A DNA stretch of 64,000 bases from a bacterium (GTDB lineage: Bacteria; SZUA-182; SZUA-191; JAJRXT01). A program made the position numbers and the translations under genes. Below the pieces are notes generated by a model, which saw only the letters and a program-made list of their open reading frames with translations, did no database searches and was not told the origin of the DNA. Location of the stretch: positions 163-64,162 of the forward strand of contig JAJRUS010000092.1 in assembly GCA_024277675.1 (NCBI GenBank), in the 5' to 3' direction. Positions 8,953 through 19,466 of the stretch are shown piece after piece; the stretch's first letter is position 1, and every line of letters begins with the position of its first letter.

Positions 8953-9477
8953 TCAGGATTTAGTGCGGAATCCTATTTTTTCTTTTGGTTTTTCTTCCTG
9001 TATTATAAGCTGTTTAATTGCGTCAAAAACCAGCTTAAATTGCTGGTCATATTTAGCCTCCATGACCTCAATCTTTTTCTTTAGGTCAGCGTGGGAGGCC
9101 AGCATTTCTCTTAGTTTGGCAAAGGCCCTAACCACTGCAATGCTCATTTCTATTGCAGTAGAACTTTTAATTACATTTGCCAACATTAAGGCTCCATATT
9201 CCGTAAAAGCGTAAGGGAGGCTGGATGAATGCTTTAATGTCTTGAACCGGTCGCAATTTGCGACCAGTTCATCTCTTTCCTCTTTTGTTAATTGAAACAT
9301 AAAATCTTCTGGAAAACGATTTTTATTCCTCTTAACCTGCTCATTAAGCCTCTTTGTTTTTACTCCATAAAGTTCAGCCAAGTTTTTGTCTAGCATTACT
9401 TTTTTCCCACGGATTAGAAATATTTTATCTACTATCCGCTCGTTTGGGATTGTTGGTATAAGTTTTTTGCTTGTCAT
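8953..9477 (-). CDS. ORF6N (KilA-N/Bro-N-like) domain protein, phage/mobile-element-associated DNA-binding family
   Basis: The N-terminal block (ERIVDKIFLIRGKKVMLDKNLAELYGVKTKRLNEQVKRNKNRFPEDFMFQL) matches the ORF6N domain consensus. Confidence 0.6.
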   Translation of the reverse strand: MTSKKLIPTIPNERIVDKIFLIRGKKVMLDKNLAELYGVKTKRLNEQVKRNKNRFPEDFMFQLTKEERDELVANCDRFKTLKHSSSLPYAFTEYGALMLANVIKSSTAIEMSIAVVRAFAKLREMLASHADLKKKIEVMEAKYDQQFKLVFDAIKQLIIQEEKPKEKIGFRTKS

Positions 9478-9531
9478 ACGGATATTCTATCAGCTTTCTA
9501 ATATAAATAAAACTGTTTTATGTTCCAACAA

Positions 9532-9548
9532 GATGCCAAATTGGCATC
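9532..9548. promoter_or_regulatory. 17-bp palindrome GATGCCAAATTGGCATC upstream of the ORF6N gene (candidate operator)
   Basis: It has perfect 8-bp arms around a single central base, and lies about 55 nt upstream of the ORF6N start. Confidence 0.35.
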
Positions 9549-9577
9549 TCCAATTGGGGTGGGGCCGACTTTTATTA

Positions 9578-12226
9578 TTATTGAACTAATTTAGTTTTAA
9601 TCTGGTCACTTCCAAAGGCCGTCTTTACAAACTCCAATTCAGCCTGCCGATCCTTCAGCCTGCCATCCAGTTTGCCATCCAGTACTGCATCGAGGATTTG
9701 CTTGAATTGCGGGCCGGGTTTGAAGCCTAATTGTTTAAGTTCCTGGCCGGTTATCTCCGGCCGTTGGTGTTTTAGTTTGGTCAAATAGAAAGAGGTTGTC
9801 CGCTTGACTTCTTCGTTGGTGGTTTTGGCCATTACATATAGCAGGGTTTCAGGAGCAGTTCCTTGTAATAGCCGGAATACCCGGCTGCCGGCGAGGGGTG
9901 TTTGCTGCTGTAGTTTATAAAGAATTTCCGGCGCCTGCCGGCGGGCATTAGCGAAGAAGCTTAGCTGACGCTCGCTTAAGTTCAGCCGTTGCCAGGTATT
10001 GAGGGCTTCATCATCGCTAAGCTGATCGGTTATCCCCAATAAATATACCCGTTGGCTTTCTATTTCTTGCTCCAGGAAAAGCAGGTTGTACCAGTCAATC
10101 ATGGTATGGACATGCTGGAGCAGCCGGATCATTTTTTTATTCAACTTTATGGCCGGATGAATAAACTGCAACAGGTTCAACTCTCCCATACGAATAATAG
10201 GTTTAACCGGTTCCGCCTCAGCAAAAACCATCAATAATTCCTGCCATAGCCGAGTTCCGGCCAGTTTATCGCACAGCCGGCGTTGCACCGCATGCTGGAT
10301 CAGGTTGAGGGTATACTTACCGATTTTAAAGCCAAAGCGTTGCTCAAACCTGATGGCCCGGAAAACCCGCGAGGGGTCTTCCACAAAACTTAAGGAAGAA
10401 AGCACACGAATGACGCCATTCTTAATGTCCTGTTGTCCGCCGAAGAAGTCGATTAAGCGACCGAAATGTTTTTGATTAAGCTGAATGGCCAGGCTGTTGA
10501 TGGAAAAATCGCGCCGGTATAAGTCCTGCTTGATAGAGCTTTGCTCAACAATGGGTAAGGCTGCCGGGTATTGATAATATTCGGTGCGGGCGGTGACTAT
10601 ATCAAGCTTGAAGCCATCCGGAAAGATAACCACGGCGGTGGCGAATTTTCGATGTGCCTTATACCGGCCGCCTATACGGCTGGCTAAAGCAGCGGCAAAC
10701 TTTATACCATCCTGTTCCACCACTATATCTATGTCCAGGTTATCCGTTCTGAGCAGTAAATCCCGTACCAGGCCGCCTACCACATAGGCCGCACAACCCA
10801 ACTCATCAGCCGTTCTACCTGCCAGTCTGAGAATATGTTGTATGTTTTGCGGCAGCCTTTCCTGCAGGAGGCTGATCAGGTTTTTGCGATAAACCCGCAG
10901 GCCCTGCTGGTGATAAAGTGACTGGGGTTTGCGTTCTAAGTCTTCATGCAGCATACGCAAAAGATCGCTCCGGGTAATTACTCCCGCCAGCTTTCCCTCA
11001 GCTATAACCGGCAGCAAGGGCTGCTGGCGTTCCAACATTATCTGCCTTACCGCCGCCGGCTCAGCCTGCGGGGCGATCCAGGAAATATCGCTCACCATAC
11101 ATTCAGCCACCAGTGAATCTTCCATGTTATGGGAAATAGCTTTATCTACTGTCTGGCGGCTGATGATACCGGCTACCTCCTGCCGGGCATCTACCACCGG
11201 CAGATGATTTATTCCATAGCGCATAAACATCTCTTTGGCCTGTTTGATTGTCTGTTGGGCATTTATGTATTTAGCCGGGGCGGTCATGAGGTGTCGGGCT
11301 GTACGGAAGGGGGTAATGTGCTGTTTCAGCGCCTCCAACAAGGCATCTCTGGTTTGAGCCAGGGTCAATTCCTTAATAGTGGCCGAAGCGGCAGTGGGGT
11401 GTCCGCCGCCGCCCAGATCCATGGCTACATCTCCCACATTTACCCGGGCTGAATTGCTGCGGGCTACAATGTGTACCCGGCCTCCCAGTCGCACCAGCAC
11501 AAACAACACGTCTATCTTGTCCACATCCCGCATTTTATGTGCTAATACGGCGACATCACCCTCATAGTTGTCTATGCTAATACTGGAGATAACTACTTCT
11601 ACCCCATTGACTACATAGCTTTCAGCTTGTTGAATCAGTTCATTGAGCAGGAAAATCTGCCGGGCCGATAAGTTGCGATCAATAAAGGTGCTTATCGCCT
11701 TAAGATCAGCGCCCCAGGCCCGTACCTGGGCGGCGGCTTTGATGTCCGCTTCGGTGGTGGAGCTATAGGTAAGCAGTCCTGTATCTTCATAAATTCCCAG
11801 CGCAAAAATAGTAGCTTCAGCAGCAGTTACCCGGATTTTTTTTTGTTGCAGTAATTCTACCAGCAAGGTAGTGGTGGCTCCGGTCTCCCTTACGAATGTT
11901 ACCTGTCCTGATAAGTCTTTTGGATGTGGCGGATGGTGGTCATAAATATGGATTTCTACCCCCGGCTTATTGACAATGCGGGCCAAATTGCCGATACGTT
12001 CCGCCAGCCGGGTGTCCACTAAAATCAACCGTTCTATGCGGTCAATATCCAATTGCTTGAGCCGGTAATAGGCAATTTTATAGCTGGATAAAGCCAGAAA
12101 TTGGCGCAGGTTTTCCTCTTGGGAACCGGGAAACACCAACTTGGCCTTTGGATATAATTTCTGGGCGGCCACCATTCCCGCCAGTGAGTCAAAATCGGCA
12201 TTAATATTGGTGGTGATTACTTCCAT
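9578..12226 (-). CDS. multidomain DHH/DHHA1 phosphoesterase - CBS pair - poly(A) polymerase/CCA-adding nucleotidyltransferase fusion protein (882 aa)
   Basis: A DHH motif sits in the N-terminal region and CBS-like repeats in the middle. The C-terminal class II PolyA_pol head has GGxVRD (GGLVRDLLL) and DxD (DIDIV), followed by a tRNA-NT tail domain. Confidence 0.7.
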   Translation of the reverse strand: MEVITTNINADFDSLAGMVAAQKLYPKAKLVFPGSQEENLRQFLALSSYKIAYYRLKQLDIDRIERLILVDTRLAERIGNLARIVNKPGVEIHIYDHHPPHPKDLSGQVTFVRETGATTTLLVELLQQKKIRVTAAEATIFALGIYEDTGLLTYSSTTEADIKAAAQVRAWGADLKAISTFIDRNLSARQIFLLNELIQQAESYVVNGVEVVISSISIDNYEGDVAVLAHKMRDVDKIDVLFVLVRLGGRVHIVARSNSARVNVGDVAMDLGGGGHPTAASATIKELTLAQTRDALLEALKQHITPFRTARHLMTAPAKYINAQQTIKQAKEMFMRYGINHLPVVDARQEVAGIISRQTVDKAISHNMEDSLVAECMVSDISWIAPQAEPAAVRQIMLERQQPLLPVIAEGKLAGVITRSDLLRMLHEDLERKPQSLYHQQGLRVYRKNLISLLQERLPQNIQHILRLAGRTADELGCAAYVVGGLVRDLLLRTDNLDIDIVVEQDGIKFAAALASRIGGRYKAHRKFATAVVIFPDGFKLDIVTARTEYYQYPAALPIVEQSSIKQDLYRRDFSINSLAIQLNQKHFGRLIDFFGGQQDIKNGVIRVLSSLSFVEDPSRVFRAIRFEQRFGFKIGKYTLNLIQHAVQRRLCDKLAGTRLWQELLMVFAEAEPVKPIIRMGELNLLQFIHPAIKLNKKMIRLLQHVHTMIDWYNLLFLEQEIESQRVYLLGITDQLSDDEALNTWQRLNLSERQLSFFANARRQAPEILYKLQQQTPLAGSRVFRLLQGTAPETLLYVMAKTTNEEVKRTTSFYLTKLKHQRPEITGQELKQLGFKPGPQFKQILDAVLDGKLDGRLKDRQAELEFVKTAFGSDQIKTKLVQ

Positions 12227-12443
12227 GCCCGGCTCCTTATGGTTTTAACCTCATTAGATAATAGCTTTTTGGGGGGATGAGGTCAAGTTGCAATAAATCG
12301 TCGGCTTTTGTTAATATATAGAAAATTATACCGTATTTGAACTGTATTTGGTTCGTATAGCTACACTTAACAATTAATTAACAAATCACTTGCTATAGCC
12401 GGTTCTTTTTGTTAATATTCTCGCTTAACGGGATTATTAGTAA

Positions 12444-13502
<1,059 letters not shown>

Positions 13503-13537
13503 CCCACAATACTTAAACTAAACTCCTGCTTACTGTT

Positions 13538-14641
13538 TTAATCTACCTTCATGGGCATGATTACACAAAGATAATCCTCTCGTCCCTCCGGCCTGAATAA
13601 ACAAGGGCCCAAGGTTTCTGAAACATCAAACCGAACCTGCACCTCATCTATGGCGCTTAAAGTATCCAGTACATAAGTGGCGTTGAAACCGATGACCACC
13701 GATGGTCCATGATATTTAACGGGCAATTCCTCATGCGCATCTCCAAATTCGGAATCTTGAGAGCTGAGCGCCAGGGCATCCTCTTTCAGTTCAAACCTGA
13801 CACTGTGGCTTTTTTCATCAGAAAGAATAGATACTCGCCTCAGGGCATGAATCAACAGCTCCCGGTTTATTAAAACATGGCTGGGGGCGGGTTGAGGGAT
13901 CACTTGTTTATAGTTGGGAAAACCGCCCTCAAGCAACCGGCCCATGAGCACTACATTCTCGATGCTGAAAATAGCGTGTTTCTCTTGAAAGCTGATATTT
14001 ATGGTTTCTGAAGCGTCTTCGGTTAGTTTTTTAAGTTCGCTGAGCACCTTCTTGGGCAGAATAAAGCTTAGCTTCTGCTTTACTTCGTGAGCTTGAGTCT
14101 GGGTAAAATAGGCCAGCCGATGCCCGTCGGTACCCACCATCGAAATTGTCTGCCCGTCAAATTCCAATAAGGCGCCGGTCATGCTATACCTGGTCTCTAC
14201 CGACGGCACCGCAAACAGGGTTTTCCTGATCATCTCCGCCAGCAGTTGTTTGTCCAAAGCGAAAAAATCCTGTTCCTTGTAATGCGGCAGCGCCGGAAAG
14301 TCTTCAGCCGGCAAACCCATTAAGGCGAACGAGGCCCCTTTGCATACCAGGGTTATTTGCTCACTTTCCTGCTTGGTGATATGAATTTCATCTTCCGGCA
14401 TTTCACGCACAATTTCAAATAACTTACGGGCCAAAAGCGTGATTTCTCCTGTTTCTTCTACCTCCGCATTGGTAAAGCTGCTGATGGTAACGTCCAGATC
14501 GGTGGCCGACAGGTGTATGCCGGTTTTATCTATTTGTAGCAAAACATAGGACAAAATCGGCATAGTGCCGCGGGTGGGAATAATACCCTGGCAACGCTGT
14601 AAGGCATTCAACAACTGATTTCTACTAACCTTAAGTTTCAT
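13538..14641 (-). CDS. dnaN: DNA polymerase III beta sliding clamp
   Basis: It starts MKLKVSRNQLL, has typical three-domain clamp length, and has an ATG with RBS GAGGTGG; the track ORF extends to a TTG at 14653. It is not adjacent to dnaA. Confidence 0.85.
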   Translation of the reverse strand: MKLKVSRNQLLNALQRCQGIIPTRGTMPILSYVLLQIDKTGIHLSATDLDVTISSFTNAEVEETGEITLLARKLFEIVREMPEDEIHITKQESEQITLVCKGASFALMGLPAEDFPALPHYKEQDFFALDKQLLAEMIRKTLFAVPSVETRYSMTGALLEFDGQTISMVGTDGHRLAYFTQTQAHEVKQKLSFILPKKVLSELKKLTEDASETINISFQEKHAIFSIENVVLMGRLLEGGFPNYKQVIPQPAPSHVLINRELLIHALRRVSILSDEKSHSVRFELKEDALALSSQDSEFGDAHEELPVKYHGPSVVIGFNATYVLDTLSAIDEVQVRFDVSETLGPCLFRPEGREDYLCVIMPMKVD

Positions 14642-14738
14642 AAGCCACCTCAATAGCTAAGAGGAACAGTAACCGATAATTTATTATATACAAAGCCGTG
14701 CATCAGGCTAAGTCACAATATTTGCAGGTTTTAGTATA

Positions 14739-15335
14739 TTATAAATAGCCTAGAGATTCCAGCCGTTGCTTTATCTTTTCCTTGTCTTCCTCCGAATAGC
14801 CGTCATCCGGCGGCGTTATATAACCCAACACTTCCAGCGTATTAATAATCTTAGTCACGCTTTCTGCCGGGGATTCTTTGTGCGTTTCCACTAAAACTTC
14901 GGGCTTAAGCGGTTCCTCATAGGGGTCCGATACCCCGGTAAACTCCTTAATTTCTCCGGCAAAGGCTTTTTTGTACAAACCCTTGACATCCCGCTCGGCG
15001 CAAGTTTCTACCGGACATTTTACATATACCTCTACAAAGTTGCCGATCTTAGCCCGATTCTCATCCCGGATCGCCCGATAAGGGGAGATAGCGGCGGCGA
15101 TATTGGGCACCCCGTTGCGGGTAAGCAAATGACAGACAAAGCCGATGCGGCGGATATTGGTATCCCGGTCTTCCTTGCTGAAACCCAATCCCTTGGATAG
15201 ATTGGTGCGTACCACATCCCCATCCAGTATCTCCACATTCGTTATCCCCCGCTCTTTCAACTGCTCATGCAGCAGGTGGGCCAGCGTGGTTTTGCCTGAA
15301 CCGGATAAACCCGTAAACCAAATAGTAAATCCCAT
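14739..15335 (-). CDS. cysC: adenylyl-sulfate (APS) kinase
   Basis: It has the P-loop GLSGSGKTT, is APS-kinase sized (198 aa), and lies in an operon with sat. Confidence 0.9.
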   Translation of the reverse strand: MGFTIWFTGLSGSGKTTLAHLLHEQLKERGITNVEILDGDVVRTNLSKGLGFSKEDRDTNIRRIGFVCHLLTRNGVPNIAAAISPYRAIRDENRAKIGNFVEVYVKCPVETCAERDVKGLYKKAFAGEIKEFTGVSDPYEEPLKPEVLVETHKESPAESVTKIINTLEVLGYITPPDDGYSEEDKEKIKQRLESLGYL

Positions 15336-15358
15336 AATATTTTCTCCTTTTTTAAATT

Positions 15359-16765
15359 TTAGTATAAGCTTATTACTTTTCCCTGCATTTTTTCAGGGAT
15401 CGGCTGGTTAAATATATTAAGTATAGTGGGGGCTATATCGTATATGCTTAAATTCTCCCGCCGCTCTCCCCTGACTACCCCTGCCCGTACATCCTCCACC
15501 CTGGCCATAATGAATATACCCTCCTGGGCATGATTGGCGTCATCCGGGCCGGTGTCATTTTCATATATATGAATACTGTCCAGACCCACGCTGCCGATGG
15601 AGCGCCAGTTTAGATCACCCAGATAGACCACTAAATCGGGAGGAATATTGCGGCATTCCTGGTAAATATCCTGAGGCCGGAAGGCCATGGTGCCGATATT
15701 TTGTCCCTGCTCATCGCAGATACCCTCCAATGCCCGGATCAACTCCCGGCGTGTTTTCTCATAATCTGCCGGCTCAATAATCCCCTCCGGCTCTCTCCCG
15801 GCTACATTCATAAATATGCGGGAGTAATAACCGCCCTCACCCCAGGCCCTGGTATGTTTCCAATCAATCATGTCGGGCTTAAGCCGGGTCTGTTTTTCCG
15901 GCGGCTGCTTTAATTTCAAATATCCCTGTTGCTGCAACCATTCGTTTATGGCAATTCCGCCCTGCATGGTTTTAGCCCCATGGTCGGAAACCACCAGCAC
16001 CTGAGTCTGCGCATCCAACATCTCCAGCAGGCGCCCGATTTCTTTATCTAGATGTATATAGTAATCATGAATGGCCAGCTCATATGGATTACCCGGTTCA
16101 TACAGCCGGTGGCCGGGGTCGCCGTATCTCCAGAAGCCGTGATGAATGCGGTCAACTCCCATCTCGACAAACATAAAGAAATCCCAGTCAGCCTGCTTCA
16201 GGAAATGGCGCACTACCTTAAAGCGTTTATCGGTCATATCGTAAATTTGCTTCAATAACCGGTCCTTATCATCGGTTCTAAAGTCTTCAACGTCGATTAA
16301 GTAATCTCCGCAGATGCGATCCAACTCAATTTTAAGCGGCGTGGGATAGGTATAATTGCAGCTTTTATCCGGGGTGAGAAAGGAGGCCACCAATAAACCG
16401 TTCAGTGGTTTCGGGGGATAGGTCTGGGGCACTCCGATTACCACCGACCTCAAATCTGCCTGGCCTAACCGCTGCCACAGCAGTTGTTCTTTGATAACCG
16501 CCGCATTGGCAAAATACAGCGCATCATAGCTGTAATCCCGGCGATTACGAAATCCATATATTCCCAGTTGGCCGGGGTCGCGGCTGCACATCATACTGGT
16601 CCAGGCCGGTACGGTAATGGGGGGAATCGTGCTGCGCAGATTCCCATAAACCCCACTCTCCATCAAGGCTCTCAAAGAGGGCAACTCATCCCGCCAGCGG
16701 TCAAACACGAATTGTGGGGTAGCGCAATCCAACCCGATAACCAGTACTTTGTTTTTATTCACCAA
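15359..16765 (-). CDS. alkaline-phosphatase-superfamily enzyme (nucleotide pyrophosphatase/phosphodiesterase-like, Thr nucleophile) encoded between sat and cysC
   Basis: The metal-binding/nucleophile block GLDCATPQF (D..T.P) resembles that of NPP/phosphodiesterase-type AP-superfamily members rather than sulfatases, since there is no C/S-x-P-x-R. It has a GTG start 16 nt after the sat stop. Confidence 0.6.
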   Translation of the reverse strand: MVNKNKVLVIGLDCATPQFVFDRWRDELPSLRALMESGVYGNLRSTIPPITVPAWTSMMCSRDPGQLGIYGFRNRRDYSYDALYFANAAVIKEQLLWQRLGQADLRSVVIGVPQTYPPKPLNGLLVASFLTPDKSCNYTYPTPLKIELDRICGDYLIDVEDFRTDDKDRLLKQIYDMTDKRFKVVRHFLKQADWDFFMFVEMGVDRIHHGFWRYGDPGHRLYEPGNPYELAIHDYYIHLDKEIGRLLEMLDAQTQVLVVSDHGAKTMQGGIAINEWLQQQGYLKLKQPPEKQTRLKPDMIDWKHTRAWGEGGYYSRIFMNVAGREPEGIIEPADYEKTRRELIRALEGICDEQGQNIGTMAFRPQDIYQECRNIPPDLVVYLGDLNWRSIGSVGLDSIHIYENDTGPDDANHAQEGIFIMARVEDVRAGVVRGERRENLSIYDIAPTILNIFNQPIPEKMQGKVISLY

Positions 16766-16780
16766 GATATATCTTCTTAT

Positions 16781-17932
16781 TTAACGATGCATGGCTGTGA
16801 TTAAAATATCCGCTACCTCAGGCCGGCTGAATTCCCGGGGGGGCCTGGTTCCCTCACTGAGCATTTTTCTAACGGCGGTACCGCTTAAGCTAATCCGGTC
16901 ATCACCGGAATGAGGGCAGGTTTTGTTGGAAGCCATCTCATCACATTTTTTGCAAAAGAAAGCATGTTCAAAACAAAGCGGGACAATATCAATCTCTTCA
17001 CGGCTATAGCTGTTGAAAATAAGTTGAGCATCATAGGTGCCGTAGTAATTGCCCACCCCCGCATGATCACGCCCCACAATGAAGTGAGTACAGCCGTAAT
17101 TTTTCCTCACTAAAGCATGGAAAATCGCCTCCCGGGGACCGGCATAGCGCATGGCGGCCGGAAAGATGGAAAGCACCACCCGCTCCTTAGGGTAATATTT
17201 TTCCAGCAGCACCTTGTAGCACTCCATCCTTATTTCAGCAGGGATGTCGTCGCTTTTGGTAGCCCCCATCAAGGGGTGCAGTAATAGCCCGTTCACCGTC
17301 TCCAGCGCGCATTTCTGGATATATTCATGGGCGCGGTGTATCGGATTGCGGGTTTGAAAAGCCACTATCCTTGACCACCCCTTCTCTTTGAACAGTACCC
17401 GTGTTTCTGCCGGATCCAACTTATACTTATCAAAAGGCCCGGCCGGCGGCCGGTTGACCAGGCTTATCGGGCCTCCCAGCAACACCTCGCCCATATCCAT
17501 TAAATACTTTACTCCGGGGTGGGCGGTATCGGTGGTACGCAATACCTGGCGCGCTTCTTTTTCTTTGTCAAATAAATATTTCTCATGCAGATGCAGCACG
17601 CCTAACAAGTTGTCCTGCTGATCGTACAGGGCAATATCATCTCCGGCCTTGAAGGCCTCAGCCCTTTTTTTGTCCACTCCCAGGGTTATGGGAATGGTCC
17701 AGGGGAAACCCCTCGGCAGGCGGCCATATTCTACCACCGAAAGATACTCGGCCTGTGACATGAAGCCGTACAGCGGGCTGAAGGCCCCCACCGCCACCAT
17801 ATCTAAATCGGAAACCTCGCGCGGGGTAAGCTTGATACGCTCCATATTACCGCATTTCTGGATTAGCTTGTCTCTCTCGCTGCCGGTTACCATTCGGTTT
17901 ACCAACACTCCCCCGTGGGGCTTAATAGGCAT
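16781..17932 (-). CDS. sat: sulfate adenylyltransferase (ATP sulfurylase)
   Basis: The QTRNPIHRAHE and GRDHAG motifs are present, along with PUA-like N-terminal and C-terminal domains (383 aa). Confidence 0.9.
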   Translation of the reverse strand: MPIKPHGGVLVNRMVTGSERDKLIQKCGNMERIKLTPREVSDLDMVAVGAFSPLYGFMSQAEYLSVVEYGRLPRGFPWTIPITLGVDKKRAEAFKAGDDIALYDQQDNLLGVLHLHEKYLFDKEKEARQVLRTTDTAHPGVKYLMDMGEVLLGGPISLVNRPPAGPFDKYKLDPAETRVLFKEKGWSRIVAFQTRNPIHRAHEYIQKCALETVNGLLLHPLMGATKSDDIPAEIRMECYKVLLEKYYPKERVVLSIFPAAMRYAGPREAIFHALVRKNYGCTHFIVGRDHAGVGNYYGTYDAQLIFNSYSREEIDIVPLCFEHAFFCKKCDEMASNKTCPHSGDDRISLSGTAVRKMLSEGTRPPREFSRPEVADILITAMHR

Positions 17933-18222
17933 AATACCCTCCTAAAGGTTAAGCTCCTGATAAAAAAACAAAGCCGGCATAAAGGCACGCCCGGCCTTTA
18001 CCTGTACAGAGTCTAAAAACGACATTTATAATAATTTATAACTAAATGTAATGCAATAAAATATCATTAATTGCTTATGTAGTCAAGGGTTTTTCATTTG
18101 TATGTTCTGGAACCGGCGGATAGATAGTAACCCCTCTATTCCAAAGCCCCTTCAAGTCTTGATTAATTACTTAACAATTGTTGTGATTTGCGGTAACATG
18201 TAGTCGACTGTGGAGATAAGCC

Positions 18223-19401
18223 ATGAAAATTATAATTGCCCCTAATTCCTTTAAAGAGTCCCTGGCGGCGACTGAGGTGGCCGAACACCTTAAGGCTGGT
18301 TTTTTAAAGGGAATGCCTGGAGCGAAGATCATCTGCCTGCCGATTGCCGACGGCGGCGACGGCACCTTAGAGGCATTGATCAGCTCTTGCAAGGGCACCA
18401 TAAAAGAACAGGTCGTGGAAGGCCCGCTGGGTGAGCTGGTATCTGCTCAATGGGGATTGATTGACGGGCAAAAGACTGCTGTAATTGAAATGGCGCAGGC
18501 TTCCGGGCTTAAACTGGTTACCCTTGATAAGCGTAATCCCCTGCTTACCAGTACTTATGGTACCGGGCAGCTTATTAAAGCCGCCCTGGATAGCGGGGTT
18601 GATAAAATCATCGTGGGCATTGGCGGCAGCGCTACGGTGGATGGCGGTATGGGCATGCTTTCAGCCCTGGGGGTAAGCTTCTCAGATGATGCAGGAAGGC
18701 TGCTTAAAGGTAACGGTCACTGCTTAGGAAAAATACAGCTCATTGACTGCGCGAAGCTTCACCCCGGCATAAACAGGGTTAAATTCCTGGTAGCCAGCGA
18801 TGTCAAAAGCCCGCTGATTGGCGAGGCCGGCGCCGCCGGAATATTCGGCCCGCAGAAAGGGGCTACTCCGGAAATGGTGGAGCTGCTGGAGCAAAACATG
18901 CAACATTATGCGGTGAAGATAAAGGAGCTTTTGCATAAGGACATGAGTTATGTCCCCGGCGCAGGGGCCGCCGGCGGTTTGGGTGCGGCTTTGATGGCCT
19001 TTATGGACGCCGAATTAAAACCGGGAATAGAAATTATATTAGCTGCGGTTAACTTTCAGGAAGCCCTGAAAGATGCTGAGCTGGTTATTACCGGCGAGGG
19101 TCGCCTGGATTCCCAAACGGCTGCGGGTAAGGCCCCCCTGGGGGTAGCCGGACCGGCGCATGATAGGGGTATACCGGTTATCGGCATTGCCGGCGAGGTG
19201 AGTGGTGGCGCTTCGGTATTGCTTAAGGCAGGGTTTACCGCCCTTTTTTCCCTGGTAAATGGCCCTATGTCCTTAGAGGAAGCCTTAAAAAACACTCCCG
19301 CATTGCTTGAGAACATAGCTGAACAAATTGCCCGAACCCTTAAGGTTACGCTGGCCGGAAAAGGGTTGAAAAAGGTTGACAAGCGATTTAATAAGCTATA
19401 G
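18223..19401 (+). CDS. glycerate kinase
   Basis: The MKIIIAPNSFKESL N-terminus and overall glycerate kinase-family architecture (392 aa) support this call. Confidence 0.8.
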   Translation: MKIIIAPNSFKESLAATEVAEHLKAGFLKGMPGAKIICLPIADGGDGTLEALISSCKGTIKEQVVEGPLGELVSAQWGLIDGQKTAVIEMAQASGLKLVTLDKRNPLLTSTYGTGQLIKAALDSGVDKIIVGIGGSATVDGGMGMLSALGVSFSDDAGRLLKGNGHCLGKIQLIDCAKLHPGINRVKFLVASDVKSPLIGEAGAAGIFGPQKGATPEMVELLEQNMQHYAVKIKELLHKDMSYVPGAGAAGGLGAALMAFMDAELKPGIEIILAAVNFQEALKDAELVITGEGRLDSQTAAGKAPLGVAGPAHDRGIPVIGIAGEVSGGASVLLKAGFTALFSLVNGPMSLEEALKNTPALLENIAEQIARTLKVTLAGKGLKKVDKRFNKL

Positions 19402-19466
19402 AATTTGATTTCTTATATAATAGTTATTTGGCCGGCAAATGCGGTTTTAAACAGGGTACATAAGGA

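Noticed and set aside
8955-8986. Hairpin AGGATT-N8-AATCCT + T-run at the ORF6N 3' end, considered as a terminator
   Set aside because: The T-run is on the plus strand, where no upstream plus-strand gene ends nearby. On the minus strand it lies inside the ORF6N coding end without a U-tail. Its function is ambiguous.
10052-11567. Several plus-strand ORFs of 61 to 107 aa within the CBS-PAP gene
   Set aside because: They are antisense to a long conserved-domain ORF and have Ser/Arg-rich low-complexity translations.
17933-18222. Partial inverted repeat AAAGCCGGC...GCCCGGCCTTT in the sat / glycerate kinase divergent region
   Set aside because: The arms are imperfect, with several mismatches, so it is not convincing as a specific operator or riboswitch.
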